A stretch of 64,000 bases of DNA, from positions 378,272 through 442,271 of the forward strand of contig RHPI01001202.1 in the NCBI GenBank assembly GCA_009103225.1, read 5' to 3'. The notes beneath the pieces were generated by a model, which saw nothing but the letters and a program-made list of their open reading frames with translations, was not told the origin of the DNA and made no database searches. The translations under genes were made by a program, and so were the position numbers. Shown here one piece after another: positions 40,325 to 54,119 of this stretch (position 1 is its first letter; each line of letters opens with the position of its first letter). The stretch comes from Chlorokybus atmophyticus (Eukaryota > Plantae > Mesostigma and Chlorokybus algae).

Positions 40325-43300
40325 CTAATCCTGCTCCATGGGCTCCTCTTCATCGCTGCCTTCCGCTTCCCCTTCCTTGAAGTCGAGAGAGAACTCGTAC
40401 TCCTGATCGCATCCCATATACGAGTCGCACATGAAGAACAGTGTGTAGTCATATTTGCCAGCCTTTGATGGAGCCGCAAAGTCCAGCTTTAATTTGGATC
40501 GCGTCTGAAGGGACACCCTCTTAATCGCATGCAGCGTGTTGTTCTTGGGGTCACCCACAACCAACCACCATCCCTCTTCCTTCACCTGTTGCACAGGTAC
40601 AAGTCTCACATCAGTGAATGCATGTCATGTGCAAGTTGTTTGACCTACAACCAGCGTTGAGGACATGTGTAAAAACCATCAACAGCCTTTGCCAGCTCAT
40701 GAAGCACAGGCCTAATCATCGTCTGTGTCAAGCGACAGGCCCGCACCTTTGGATAGCGGGTAGCAATGACAGGGCCAAGTTCCTCGCTTGGATCCACCTC
40801 ACGCTCAAGGGTGACTTGCACCACAACGGTGTCGCCTGTGGCAAGCTCCTCTGCATTGACAACCTGATGCGTGAGGTCAATGTTGGGGTATCGGTTGCAC
40901 CACTTGGCCACGTCGAGGAGCTGCGCATCGGATAGGCTGAGCAACTCTCTTCTGACATCGTCCTCAAGCTCCACAACATCAAAGACAGTCTCAACACCCT
41001 TGGCCTGCGTCAAAAACATGTTCAGCTGGCATGTATGTGAATTAATCAATCAATTAGCGGAGCGGATAAATCAAGGGCACGGATGTAGCCTTACCTGGCA
41101 TCGCGCGACGATCTCCTTGTTGAAGTGCGGGAGCTGCATGAGAGGGGAGTCCCTTTCCCAAAGAGCCTGCGTCACCATCTGCGACAGCTCCATGCTGGCC
41201 AGCGCGGGATTTAGCCAGCCGCTGCTGGAGATGACATCCACCATAGCCTGCAGCAGCCGCGTCGAGTCCGCAACAATGCGCTTCTGATCGCCCATAAGAT
41301 CCCCGGCAACATGTGACCTTCCAAAGTGCGCCTGTGGAAGAAGACAGTCAGCAACATGTACACATGTGCACGGTGGCAGAGTACCCTGGTTCTCACCTGA
41401 AGCAATGCATTGGCCTTAACATGCGGATCGGTGTACTTGGGGTTCTCCATGCTCAGCCTTTGATGCATGACAAGCTTGCGTACCGACTCCTCTTCACCAG
41501 CACGCACAGGGATGGCATCGAACTCGGACGCTGAGGACAAGATCTCGAGCAGACCCTTGAGTTTAGTTTTGGCCGTCAGCGAGGAGCTGAACAGCTCAAT
41601 GGTAGTGTAGGTGATGTAGTAGTAGGCTGCAATCATGCCCAGGTTCAAAGGAGACAAGTCCATCTCATCCTCAATGGAGATGCACTTGCTTTGTTGCAAG
41701 TCAGAGAGCGTTGCTTCCACCAAGTCAGAGAGATGATCTGAAAGGTGTCTGTGGCTCACGCCTTGGAGGTTGTAATAGTTGGGGTTCTGGGTGAGACGGC
41801 GATACAGGAACGTCCAAGTCAGGTAGTCCACAGCATCCTGCTTGTTCTCAATCGTCCTAGTGACGATCTCCGCATTCATGTGGTCGTGCAGGAAGTGATC
41901 CAGGTGGCTTTCAACAGGGAAGGGTTCGTGCAAGAAGCGTTTGTAGTATTCCTTTCGTGGGGCATGGCACATGATAAGAGCCTTGCCGCTGTCATCGACA
42001 AGGGGTCTGCTTGCCCGACCGATCATCTGCAGCAGGTCTGTGATGGGGTAGTCTGACTGTGCTTGAGCACTGGCATCAAAGTACTGCGTGCCCATGACAA
42101 TCACCAAGTGGCTGCTAATTGTCATCCCCCAGCAAAGAGTGGCACTGGAAACCACCACCAAGATTGCGCCAGAGTTGTACAGCTTCTCCACAACTTCGCG
42201 CTCAGCTGGCTGCAAGCCCTCATGGATGTAACCGACACCCAAGCTGATGGCATGCTTCAATGCAGCATCGCGCACTCTTGCCAGGAAAGGCTGCAGGTCT
42301 TCTTCCTCGCAGCGCAAGAAGCGCTTCGGCTCACCTTCAGATGCAGCATACGCCACAATATCCAGTGCAGTAAGCCGCGCGTGTTTGCGAGTGGGCACGA
42401 ACACGATGGCGGGCTTGTCATCTTTAACATTGTTGACGCACGCCGTGTACACGGGCTTTGTCATTGCCTGCATCCGTGCCTCAAAGTTCTGGATGTCAAC
42501 ACCCTGGATGCGCACTTCAAGTGGCACCGGGCGCACGTTCGGATGGAAGTTGAACAGGCCATGCGAGCTTGCCCCTACCCATTCGCCAAGATCCTTGGCA
42601 TTGGCCAATGAAGCTGACAAGCCAACAATGCGCATGGGATGGTCTGTCTGGCTGCCAATGTAACGCATGCGTGACGTGATGACCTCCAGCACATGCCCAT
42701 TATCTCCACCAAGCAGGTGAAGCTCGTCCACTATGTACAAATCTACAGCTTGCACATTCTTCCTCTGCTTCCAACGCCGAGAAAGCATGTCCCACTTGTC
42801 CGGGGTGCTGCAAACACGAAGAGTTAGTGGGGGTGGTCACGACAACATCATTGACTATGCATGTACATTAGCATGTAAGCCTTACCTAATGATGATCTGC
42901 CCCTTCTCAAGTAACTTGAGATCCGCTTGGGTCTCGCCCGTGAGCTCAACAACCCGCAGGCCCAACCCAGCCCCGAACTTGTTCTGCCAATCCGCAATGC
43001 GCTCTTTGGCAAGAGCATCCATGGGTGCGATATACACGCAACGGACATTCGCCCCTTGCTCGGCCTTCTGCAGCATGCGAAGGATGGCAAACTCTGCGCA
43101 CACAGTCTTGCCACTGCCGGTTGGAGCCGCGATCAAGGCATTGTCGTCTGTATTGTACAAGCACGTGAACACTTGGGTTTGAATGGGGTTGAAGTGCGAG
43201 AACTTGGCAGAATACAGCGACACATAGGGCGGATGGCGCAGAGCGGTCACGGGAAGTGGCTGCAAGTCCAGCAGCTCGGTGGGTGGAGGATACTTCTCAG

Positions 43301-46300
43301 GGAGGATCAGGTGGCGGAAGGAGACAGGCAACAATGTTTCAGCACCCAACCACCTGTCTGAGACGACCCGGATGAAGTACTGAGGCGGCAAAGGCTCAAA
43401 CACGGGCACTGTGAATGAAACTGTGTGATCATCCTCAGCATACTGCATCTTCAGCACAAAGTACTCGTAGTGAAGGATGTTCTCTCCATCATTGTCTTCG
43501 ACAAGGATCCAGAAAGGCTCAACAAAGCCGTGCACCTTCTCCTCCCATTGGAAGTCTGGCGTAATGGTAAGGTCTATCTTCAGCACTGAGCGTGTAATGG
43601 GTTGGACGTGCGCTGCAAGCTCCAACTTAGGGAACTGGTGGATGAACTTGTGTATGGTTTTGCCCATCTTCGGGAAACGAATGAGCTCGCCAATCTCTTG
43701 AGATGACAGATCATAGTAGCGCTCCCACACCAGGTCCTTCTTCTCGACCTTGGACAGAATGTCGCTGGAAATGCCCTTGAACTGCCTCAAAGGCGTCTGG
43801 CTTCCCCACATGCGCCGAGAGACCATCTTGCACAGATTCAGCGCTTTCAAAGCCAGGTTAGCCCACCCTCGTCGCAGTACAATCTCAAACAGGGCACGCA
43901 TCAATCGCCCGGCACTCTGTTGAAACAAATGACAAAAAGTTACATCATGCCCGTATGGCTGCCAATCACTGACCATACAGCGACCTGTTAAACTTGCCGG
44001 CTTATTAATAGAGACAAGGCTTACCTGTGTGACAAACACCATGTCTGCCACAAGCGCCAGTCCTTCCAGCTTCAGTTGCGAGATGTAAGCTTGCAGCAAC
44101 ACATTGATCTTGGCACTCGGCTCCTCCAGACTCTCTTTGACAGGAATGGGAACGCGTTCAATCAGCTTGGCAAGCTCAATCTTCTCCTCTTCTCGCACGG
44201 AGACATACTTGAACTCCTCGCTCAAAGCAAAGAGACGGCATAGTTCAATGTCGGTTGTGGTTGGCTTTAGGTGCTCATTGTATGTGGCGATGGTGCCATG
44301 GGTGACATAGTAGTGGCTGGCTATGCGCCCAAGGTCTGTCACCTGGAACAAGCCACTTCTGCGGTCGTAATTGATCAAGCTGTGCTTGTCAAGTAACGCT
44401 GCAGCAGTGTGCACCTGCATGAACAACGGATAAGTGAGCAACCTCTGCACCATGCACACAGAACAGCACATAGACCGTACGTGTCAAAGGGATGCCAAAC
44501 AGTGACATGTACTTGGTATCTTACCAAGTCTGCACGCCGCCCTTCAAGCATAGGATCACTAGCCAGCTCGTCATGTGACACGCCGTACAAGGTCGGGTTG
44601 CGAAGCATTCGGATGTACAAGTAGGTGTAACCAAGCCAGGTCACTGCCTCCCTGGCATTGAGCACGGTGCCGAGCACAACCTCTGCATTGAGATTATCAG
44701 CGAGCTTGCTGATGTACTGACTCTCGATTGGCAGCTGCTGGTTCATCAAGGATAGGTAATAGAGCAGCTCAGAATGTCCTGTCAACACGATGCCAGTCCC
44801 ATATGTATCAAAAGCTGGGCGTCCAGCTCTCCCCAACATCTGCATGATGTCCAGCGGGCTGAGCTCTTCCCAGGCATTTTTCTCTGGGTTGTAAACCTGA
44901 GTGCCCTTGATGATCACGGTGTGGGCAGGCAGGTTGACTCCCCATGCCAGCGTGGCTGTTGAGACGAGAACTTGTACGTGCCCGTCGGCAAACAATTCCT
45001 CCACAAGAGTGCGGTCAGCGCGTGCCATGCCTGCATGATGAATCGCAAACCCATATGGCAGCAAATTCTTGAGGTCTGCATTCTTGACAGACTCGCTCTC
45101 TGTTTGCAGAATTTCACGGCTAGCGCTGTCCTCTCGCAAGAACTTTCCAAGAGTGTCGTTGGCCATCGCAGCGTCCAGCACGGCCTTTGCTGTCTTGCCG
45201 GTCTCCTTGCGGGAATGGACAAAGATCAGGGTCTGGTGCTTGCCAGCAGACTCCATCACCTTTTCATAGGTGATTTCATTCATCAGCTGAAAGCGCTGCA
45301 AGGGCTTCTTGACAGTGACTCCAATGAACTGCTGTGCAAGCGGCACTGGACGGAAACTGCAAGCACAGTCAGCATGAGAAAAGTTACCCTACAGGGCCAT
45401 GGATGCTAAACACCTGTAAAGAAAATCAAGTGCCAGCTGGGAAGAAAGCAATCAATCACATGCTGCTTCTTTGCTTGGTATTCATCATACCTGTTGTCAA
45501 AGTGGAACAGCCCCTTTGCAGGGTTGACGCGAAGGAAAGTTGCAACATCAGCATAGTTGGGAAGTGTAGCACTCAGCCCAACAATCCTAATCAACTCCTG
45601 TGAAGTTTCAATCTGCCGGACTGTGCGCGCGACTAGTGACTCCAGGACTGGCCCGCGAGAGTCATGCAGCAGGTGAACTTCATCAATAATTAGCAGGCGC
45701 ACGAGCTGCGTATACGTCCTGTCTCCACTCTTTCTGGTAATGATGTCCCATTTCTCGGGTGTGGTGACAATAATCTGGGTCGCCTCAATCTGAGCCTTGG
45801 TCAAGGTCTGGCAAGCACAAACAAGCTGAGTGTTGCATATAACATATACCATATGCATAAGAAGACAGAAGCCCTGACTGACTTCAAAGCTTGAGCAGTT
45901 GAGCATCAAAGTACTCACCTGGTCACCAGTCAACTCTTTGACAGAGATGCCATACGACTGCAGCCTGTTCTGCAGGTTGCCTACAAGCTCTGCAACCAAC
46001 GCCTTCATAGGAGCCACATAAACACACTTAAAAGCGGCCAAGTCAACGGTACCATCCTCTTTCCGATGCAGACCAATCTGATGCAATATGGCCAACATGG
46101 CCACATTGGTTTTTCCAGCGCCCGTTGGAGCGCACATCAAGATGTTCTCTGGTGTGAACAGTGCAGTTTCATAGACACGGCTCTGAATGCGGTTTAGAGA
46201 CTTCATCCCACTGAAAGCTGGTCGTGCCCAGTCTGGCAAGTCTTCAATCTTCTTGAGCTCTTCATTCTCAGCAAAAGGCTTAGCTTTCAATGCTGGCACA

Positions 46301-48538
46301 TGGACCTCTTCATAGCCTTTCTTGGTTGTGCGGTATGACCCAGGAGGCAACTTGAAGTCCTGGTTAGACATGAAATGTCCTCGCTGTTCAAATGATAGAG
46401 ACTCCAAGTCCAAAACCTTCCGCGTTCGCGCCCAGGCGGAATCACCGGGGCCTGTTGCATCTCTTGCGATGCCGTTTTCTACCTCTCGCAGCTTCCGAGC
46501 TTCTTCACGAATGCTGCATTGGTAGGATATATACAATCAGTGACAACATGTGCTTGTACAACACCAGAGCACCACTACTGGTGAACATGGCAAAAACAGC
46601 GGAATGCAAAATAAACTGACCTTCGCTCAAGGTTTTTCTGACGCTCCTTGGCTGTGGCACGCGTAGCATGTAGTGACTCGAGGATTGACACAAGTGCAGG
46701 ATCGCCCATCTCCAGCATCTGGTCCTCAAGTGCCTTGCGCTCCTCTTCATTTTCTGAACGAGCCAGTTTTGTGCACCAAACAACCCTCTTCCTGTTCTTA
46801 AGTAGCTTCTTAATCAGGTCAAATTTGTCGTAGTCCAGCAGAACTACAAGACGATTCTCAACTTCGCGATCATCGCCTTCACTCAGTGTGGCCATAACCT
46901 GCAGATAGACAGATGTAAGCACAAGCTGTAAGCCATCAGGCTGTACACTGTTGCAAGCATGGTTACAAACAAGGAGTAGAGACTTACCTCTTCGCTCAAC
47001 TTCTGGCTGGCCTGAGGATCAATTGTGCCAAAGGCTTTTGAGATCTCTCGTTGCAACCAGTAGGCATCAATGTCCAACACGTTGATGCCATCCTTATCTT
47101 CTCCGCCCCCGTCATCATCGTCAACCCCTGCCATCTGCATGCGCCGTTTGCCCTCCTCATCGAGGTCATCAGCATCATCGTCGTCATCAGGCAGCTGGTC
47201 CAAGTCATCCTCCTCCTCATCCTCGTCTTCAAACTCCACAGCCACACCAATGTCGTCATCAAGAACATCCCCGGCGGATGTGCGGTCTTCTGTCGCGTGC
47301 CCATAGTCTGTTATCAGCTTGCCGATCGCCACTAGCTGGGCAAACTGCTCACTGGACAAAGCATTCAGAAGCTTCTCAATCTCCTTCTTCTTGTCCAAAT
47401 CTTTCAACTTTTCAGTTTTAAGCAGAACTAGCACTTCATCAGCTGCGCCGCGCAGGATATCCTGCAAAACAAGTTAGGTTAGGCCGATTTTAACATCCCA
47501 ATTATACCAACAGCAATAGTCATGATTGAAGACTGCTATCACACAACCTCGTAGGCATGGTCTGCATGTTGATATCAGAGCAAATCTCATCAACAACCAA
47601 CATCACCTAGCAATCAGCATGCCGCAACTTACCCTGGGCTGGTCACCAAACTGCTGCTGGATACTGCTGAGGAGTGCTTCATAGGCTGCACGCGTCTCCT
47701 TCGTCTTGGGCTGATACAGCCCATCTGTGCTGATGTTCAAAACTGTGTCTGTATCCATCTTTTTCCGCTTGCGCGGTTCATCACCAACTCCCCTTTCTTT
47801 GGCGTCCCGTTTCTTCGCCTGTACATCAAGCAAGGTTCGACACACACACACGCTCAGCTCAAACTCGACTTGCAGGAGAGTTGTTCTGCCAACCATACGG
47901 ATACTTTGTCAACCTGATCCTACCAGTTTCTCTAAACATACCTTTGCCTTTTCTTTCTCAACAACTTCAGCAGGCTTTCCATACTGTACACGATCTCCAA
48001 AACTCTTGGGGTCAATCTGAGCGACAACTCCGATGGATGAGTGCCAAATGTGAAATGCGTGTATTTCTTTGTAGAGCTGATAACACAAATTCATCAGATA
48101 TAAGCGTCGCCCACCTTTCCCCACAATGTCTCAGGTTCGCCAGTGGGTTCGTTGCTAGTCCTAGTCCTGTTGTCTGTGGTCAAGACGAGACTGGAGTTCT
48201 GTTGGGAGACAGAGAGTCAATTGGTAAGCATGCTGAGATGTTCCGCAAATAATCAAACCTGAGCTGCATTAAACTCCGCCTACTACTAGTGCTTGCTTGT
48301 GCAGCTCTTGGCAAGAGAAAGCAGCAGCGCAAGCTGCATCTGTTGAACCATGCATGCAACCCGTCTCACACAACATGCACCTAGAATGCAAAGCAACGAC
48401 AACCATGCTGCTGCAAAGATCAGTTGCTGAAGCCAGCAGCCAGCTGTAACAAGCATCACTTACCGCTCGGTACTCGTACTGCTTGAAGCGAGCATGCGCT
48501 TCCGCTCCTCCCCCCTCCAGCTCCCGTTTGGGCGGCAT
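40325..48538 (-). CDS. BRR2: U5 snRNP 200-kDa RNA helicase BRR2 (two Ski2-like helicase/Sec63 cassettes), multi-exon
   Basis: [17 protein letters not shown]|[52 protein letters not shown], second cassette [15 protein letters not shown]-terminal [15 protein letters not shown]...*. Confidence 0.97.
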
Positions 48539-48658
48539 GACGGGCGGTCTCCAAAATTACCTTCTCTATTGACTCCTATCCTTGTCTCCTCCTCCTCCTT
48601 TTCCGCCTGCTCCCTCACTACCGCCGCCGCCGCCGCGGCCTTGCAGGCACAAGTACAC

Positions 48659-48688
48659 AGCCCATGACGCACTGCATGGTTAGGGTTT
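48659..48688 (-). promoter_or_regulatory. Candidate telo-box (AAACCCTAA, 48680-48688) plus site II-like TGGGCT (48659-48664) upstream of BRR2
   Basis: Exact motifs lie 120-150 nt upstream of the ATG. The pairing is established in plant promoters, but short motifs can occur by chance. Confidence 0.4.
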
Positions 48689-49701
48689 CTCTACCGGCCT
48701 GCTGGCTGGATATACGCATATGCAAGATATTGTGAATCATGAGATCACCATTGGAATGGCATTGGTGCCATAATGATTATACAGGCAATCACGGCAGAAG
48801 CGTGCTTGCACATGTCTCAGGCAGACGTGAACATGCTTACACCCAACAGCAGAAGTCGACTCTTGCGCCGACACGTAGTTGCATGGCACACGTCGACGTT
48901 GGCTGATCTATGGCTACGTCCACGCAGGTTCACAACTCTAATGCAAGCGCTTTATCACTGATAGTCAGAACTCCTGATTTGGATGTGCAGGCATGCACTA
49001 GGCCTAGACCTATAGCGTGTCGTAGTGTACAATAATATCAACACGTACAGTCTACTCTCCTTATAAGTATACACTTGGTCCTTGGAAAACATATACTTAT
49101 AGAGTATACATGTTTACCTCCATATAAGTATGCAATATATTTACATGTATATAAGTATATATTATGCATATAAGCAGAGCAACCGCATAATCAGTATCGT
49201 CTTTGCTATAAGTATATGTATGCTTATAGTTAATGCACACTGCAATGGGAGGTTTCAAGCAAGTTCATGCACACCAACATGCTGCGTGTAAGTGCCCGAT
49301 AACATGTGTGTCTCACTTTTGTGATGCGGATATCATCATTAGCGCAAGCAAACACAATAATGTATATGTATTATGCGGCAACTACGCTAGTCCTTCTCAT
49401 CTACATCTTCTACGCGCGGATGAAAAAATGAGTGAATGGTGCTCTGTCTAGCACTAGACACACCGAAAATGTGAAGATGCATCAACTTATTTCTCAACTT
49501 CATAAGCGCCATCTGCTCCATTTCATTGAAGTCTTCAGAAGCTTCGATGATAAAAGCGTCAAGTGCATCCACATGTTGCATCGCTTCTCTCAATGTCGGC
49601 GCATGAGGGGGCTGATTGTCAGGGTCATCTGTGCATGCTAGTCTTAGCAACATGTACAACCGTTATCATGCAATTGCATATAGTGCAGGCACCACACCAT
49701 C

Positions 49702-50227
49702 TATAACAGCACCACCGTCGCCGGTGATGCCCCTTCAATCCTCTACCCCAACACCCACACCGCCTATGACAAGCCTCTCAACGGCGTGGCCGCCATTGAG
49801 CAGAGAACTGAAAGACCCCACATCAGATTGATGTGACCTCTTATATATCAAGAGTATACTACCTATATACCTCTCGATAATTAACTCACAACTAGACATC
49901 GACCCTACCGATAGGGCAGTTAGAAAATCTAGCGTGAGCTAATCACAGCTCAGATAAGGTACCTATCGATAAAGTACCTATCCAAAGATACCTATCGTAA
50001 GGTACCTAACGAGATAGTGATCACATTTTATCAAATGTGACATTAAATAGGCTTGAATAAGCGGTTCTACACCCATTGGGACTTATTTAAGCTATGATAA
50101 AGCATCATAGCCTTTGATAAGCGAGGAACCGTAGAAAAGAGGTATAAATAAGCATATTTGAATACTTATTCATACAAAAAGTTACTTAGGTAGCAATAAT
50201 ACGCCTATTATTATTGCTCCCGTTACA
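49702..50227 (-). repeat. 3' LTR of the chromovirus
   Basis: Aligns end to end with 60404-60928; the polypurine tract aagtgggggggaa is adjacent on the minus strand. Confidence 0.95.
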
Positions 50228-50374
50228 TTCCCCCCCACTTAGGTTTTCAACGTCCTCGTTGAACTCGAGTTGATCAGGCTTGATTTCGAGTAATTGTAAC
50301 CAGTGAGATAGCAGGAAATGACAGGGTGGTAATGAAACTGCACTGCCAGTCTGTCATAAAACCAAGCCCACAGT

Positions 50375-53300
50375 TTAGAGGACAGGACATGAATCCCAAT
50401 AAGCTCGAAGCAACTCGCGGCAGTGCGTAAGATGCCTGTCGGGCTCCCAACTGTTATGTTCCGGGCCATACCCTTTCCATTTCACCAAATAGCGAGTTGC
50501 GCGTCCTCGACTATTTAGCTTATGGTTCAATACAGCTTCCACCTCGTATTCGAGCTCGCTGTCCGCCTCAACTGGCGGTGGTGGAGGCTGTGTTCTACCA
50601 TCTGAGCGGTAAGGTTTCAACAAGTTCACATGGAACACGTTGTGTATACGCACACTTGAGGGCAATTGCAGACGATAAGCGTGCGTACCAACTCTATCAG
50701 TGATAGAGAAAGGTCCTAACCATCGTGGCAGCAATTTGCGAGCACCCGTACCTATGATGGTTATGTTCTTAGTGTTAAGCAAAACTTTATCGCCGACATC
50801 GAATCGTGGCCATTCTTCGATGTGTATCAGCATAAGCTTTTTACCTATCCTGTGCTTCTGACAGATACAGCTTGGCTCGAGCCAAACTTTCTTGCATATC
50901 AGTGGCAAATGCCTTGCCGCTGGTACAGTCAGGGCATTGCGAGGTACACGCAATGACGCTGGTGTGTTCGGGCGAATCCCATATTTCAAGAAAATTGGGG
51001 TTTCCTTTACACTTTCTTGCCACGCGTTGTTCACAGCGAACTCTGCCATTGGCAAGTATCTGTCCCAATCAGCATGGTTAGGAGCCACATAGTGGCGAAG
51101 CAGTTCTTCCAGTATTTAATTTGCTCGCTCAGTTTGTCCGTCCGTTTGCGGGTGGAAAGCAGTCGACATGCTTTGTTTTACCCCCAACAATTCACAGACT
51201 TCTCTCCAAAACTTGGAGACAAACCGAGGATCACAATCTGTGACAAGTTCACGCGGTACACCGTGAACTCGAAAGACCGTGGACACACAAAAATGTGCAA
51301 AGCCCCGTGCACTCACAGTTGTGCAACACGGGGCAAAATGCACCATTTTGGTCAAATAGTCGACAAAAACCACAATAGCAGTGTATTTATCTGCTGTTCC
51401 AGGTAGGTCAGTAATCAAATCCATACTGACACTATCCCACTTTTGTTCTTGAATTGTCAATGGTTTAAGCAATCCCGCTTGTTTTTGCCGTAATGGCTTA
51501 TTACGTTGACACCCGTCACATGTGCGAACATATTGATTCACATCAGCTGACATTTATGGCCACCCGTATAACTGTTGCGCAGATTTCAGTGTTTTGTGTT
51601 TCCCCAAATGCCCAGCATACGGCGGGTCATGCACTGAATGTAAGCATTGCTTACGCAAGTCGCCCGAGTTGGGAATTGCCAACTGCTCCCCTTTATACCA
51701 CAGATTGCTAACAGCAGTAAGCTGTTGCAAGTTGGTTTGACTGCTAAACCAATCATATGAGTTATAACCTGTGGACACTTCCTTTAAAAAAGGATCTTCA
51801 GGCTGTTGTACATTACGCGTACTTCGACAGCGCGTAAGTGCAAAAAAAGCAGGGCTACAACTTGGTGGATCCGCCACATTGGTGCGACCCGGAAGGTATT
51901 GCCAAGTGAAAGTGAAACGAGAAATGAATTCATTCCACCTAGCTTGCCGCCTCGACAGATTTTGTTGCGTATAAAAGAATGTGAGCGGGTTGTGATCAGT
52001 AATCACTAAAAACTCCACCCCTTTCAAGTAGCAACGCCATGTGCGCAGCGCGTGCACCACCCCGAGCAATTCCTGCTCAGTGGTTGTGTAATTACGTTCA
52101 GCAGGAATGAACTTTCTGCTTTCATATGCACATGGTCTGTCATCCAATAGAAGGACTGCCCCACACCCAATGGTGGAAGCATCACTGATTACCACAAAAG
52201 GCTTGGTGTGGTCGGGGAAGGCTAACACAGGGCTTTGTGTTAATGCATCTTTAATGCGTGTAAAAGCAACCTCTTGTGCCTCCGTTCACACAAATTTAAC
52301 ATCTTTCTCAGTAAAGATGTTAAAGGATTTGCCATGCTAGAATAAGCTCGCATGAACTTGCGGAAATAATTGGCTAGCCCCAAGAAAGCACGGAACTGAT
52401 GTACATCCTTGAGTGGTGGCCAATCCTTCACCGCACACACCTTTTGAGGTTCTGGTTTCAATCCTTCTTTGCCAATCACATGCCCTAAAAAGGGTAGTTC
52501 ATCCTTTGCAAAGTTGCATTTGGACAGGTTGGCATAAAATTTGTGTTCGCGTAACTTAGCTAGAACCAATTCCACATGCCTGTGGTGGTCCTCTCGGGTT
52601 TTGATAAACACAATAATGTCGTCTAGATATACTAGTACAAACTTGTACAATTCATCAGCAAATACCGCATTCATTGCTGTCTGAAATGTAGCCGGTGCAT
52701 CTGTTAACCCAAATGGTAACACTTTATACTGAAAGTGTCCTAGTGGGGTGCGAAATGCAGTTGTTTGTATATCCGACGGGTGGTTATTAATTTGATGATA
52801 ACCACTGGTCAAATCCAGTGTGCTGAACACTGTTGCACCTGACAGCTTATAAAACAAATCATCAATCCGAGGCAAAGGGTATCTGTTTTTCACAGTCACC
52901 TTGTTCAACGCACGGTAATCAATACACATGCGTAGCTTGCCATTCTTTTTGGGCACAAACAAAATTGGTGCACCAAAAGGAGATATGCTCTTTGTTATTA
53001 AACCTTTGTCCAATAACTCTTTGAGCTGTTTTTCCATTTCCGCGTGTTCTAAGGGACTTAGCCTATAGATAGGCCGCCAAGGTGGCATTGCCCCCTCTTT
53101 TAACGGAATGGTATGATGTATGTTTCTATCAGGAGGCAACTCCGGGAGTTCATCCTAAAATTCATCTGCATATTGTTCCGTAAGTGATGACAGAGTCAGT
53201 TACGGCCTGTTCAACAGGTGTCTCTCTACCTGTCGTAAGTGCATCAAATATACTTCCTCACGTTTGCGCACGCAACGTTTCAGTTGCATAGCAGAGAGGA

Positions 53301-54116
53301 GCGGAACATTGTCGCGAGCAACACGTGCGAGTACAGGTGCGATTAACGTCACCTTCAAGGTGAACGTAAGTTACGTTTACCCTTACGAAGGGTGCACGTA
53401 TTTGCTCGAGAGTCCAATTGCAAACCTGCTTCGGTGTGCCACTGTTCACCCAAAACAACATCCACCCCGGGGACACCTATATCCACCACGATGAAAGTTG
53501 GTCGAGTCTTATGGCTATTAATAAAAGAAAGCCCCTTCACCTCCCCAATTGCATTAAGGGTGGAACCAGCAGCACGTACATACGACGTGACTAGTGTGAG
53601 AGGTATGTTATTACGTTTCACCCAAGCATGTTCAACAAAGTTATGGTTTGCACCAGTACCAATCAATGCTGTACATGGTGTACCCATAAGTTGACTCTCA
53701 AATCTCCATTTGAGTGGCACTGAGTGACCATCAAATGTAGCTAATGTCGGAGTGCCGTGATTGGTAGCAGGCTTGATAAAGATCATTTGCAACGGTGAAG
53801 CTCCTGTATCCTTGCGTGAGAGTTGCATAATTACTTCTCCCCCTTTCAACAATTGCGACCACGGGCCATGATATCGAGGGACAACTACACATGCAGTAAC
53901 AGCATGTTGTAATTGCAACTCGTGTAAGTGCTTAACAGCAGTTACTAATTCAGAGAATGGAACATTGCTTAAAACACAACCGTTGGCATTTGTCAACACA
54001 GGTGGTGTGCTCATATCAATCCATGCATCTGTTACATCACAAAGACAGGAAACTTTATGAAGAAGTACAGAGTATTTAAAGTCGTTCTGCTCGACTAAGC
54101 TACCAACCACGGACAA
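50375..54116 (-). pseudogene. Chromovirus pol (Dam-like domain?, protease, RT, RNase H, integrase, chromodomain) with frameshifts and stops
   Basis: ALIGTGANHNFV (catalytic D changed to G); PFGAPILFVPKKNGKLRMCIDYRALN; YLDDII; DASTIGCGAVL...EQELLG...TDHNPL; HDPPYAGHLG..CDGCQRNK; SMDLITDLP; FHPQTDGQTERAN; GPFSI; chromodomain YEVEAVL...YLVKWKGYGPEHNSWEP (about 50390-50557). Confidence 0.95.
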
Positions 54117-54119
54117 TTC

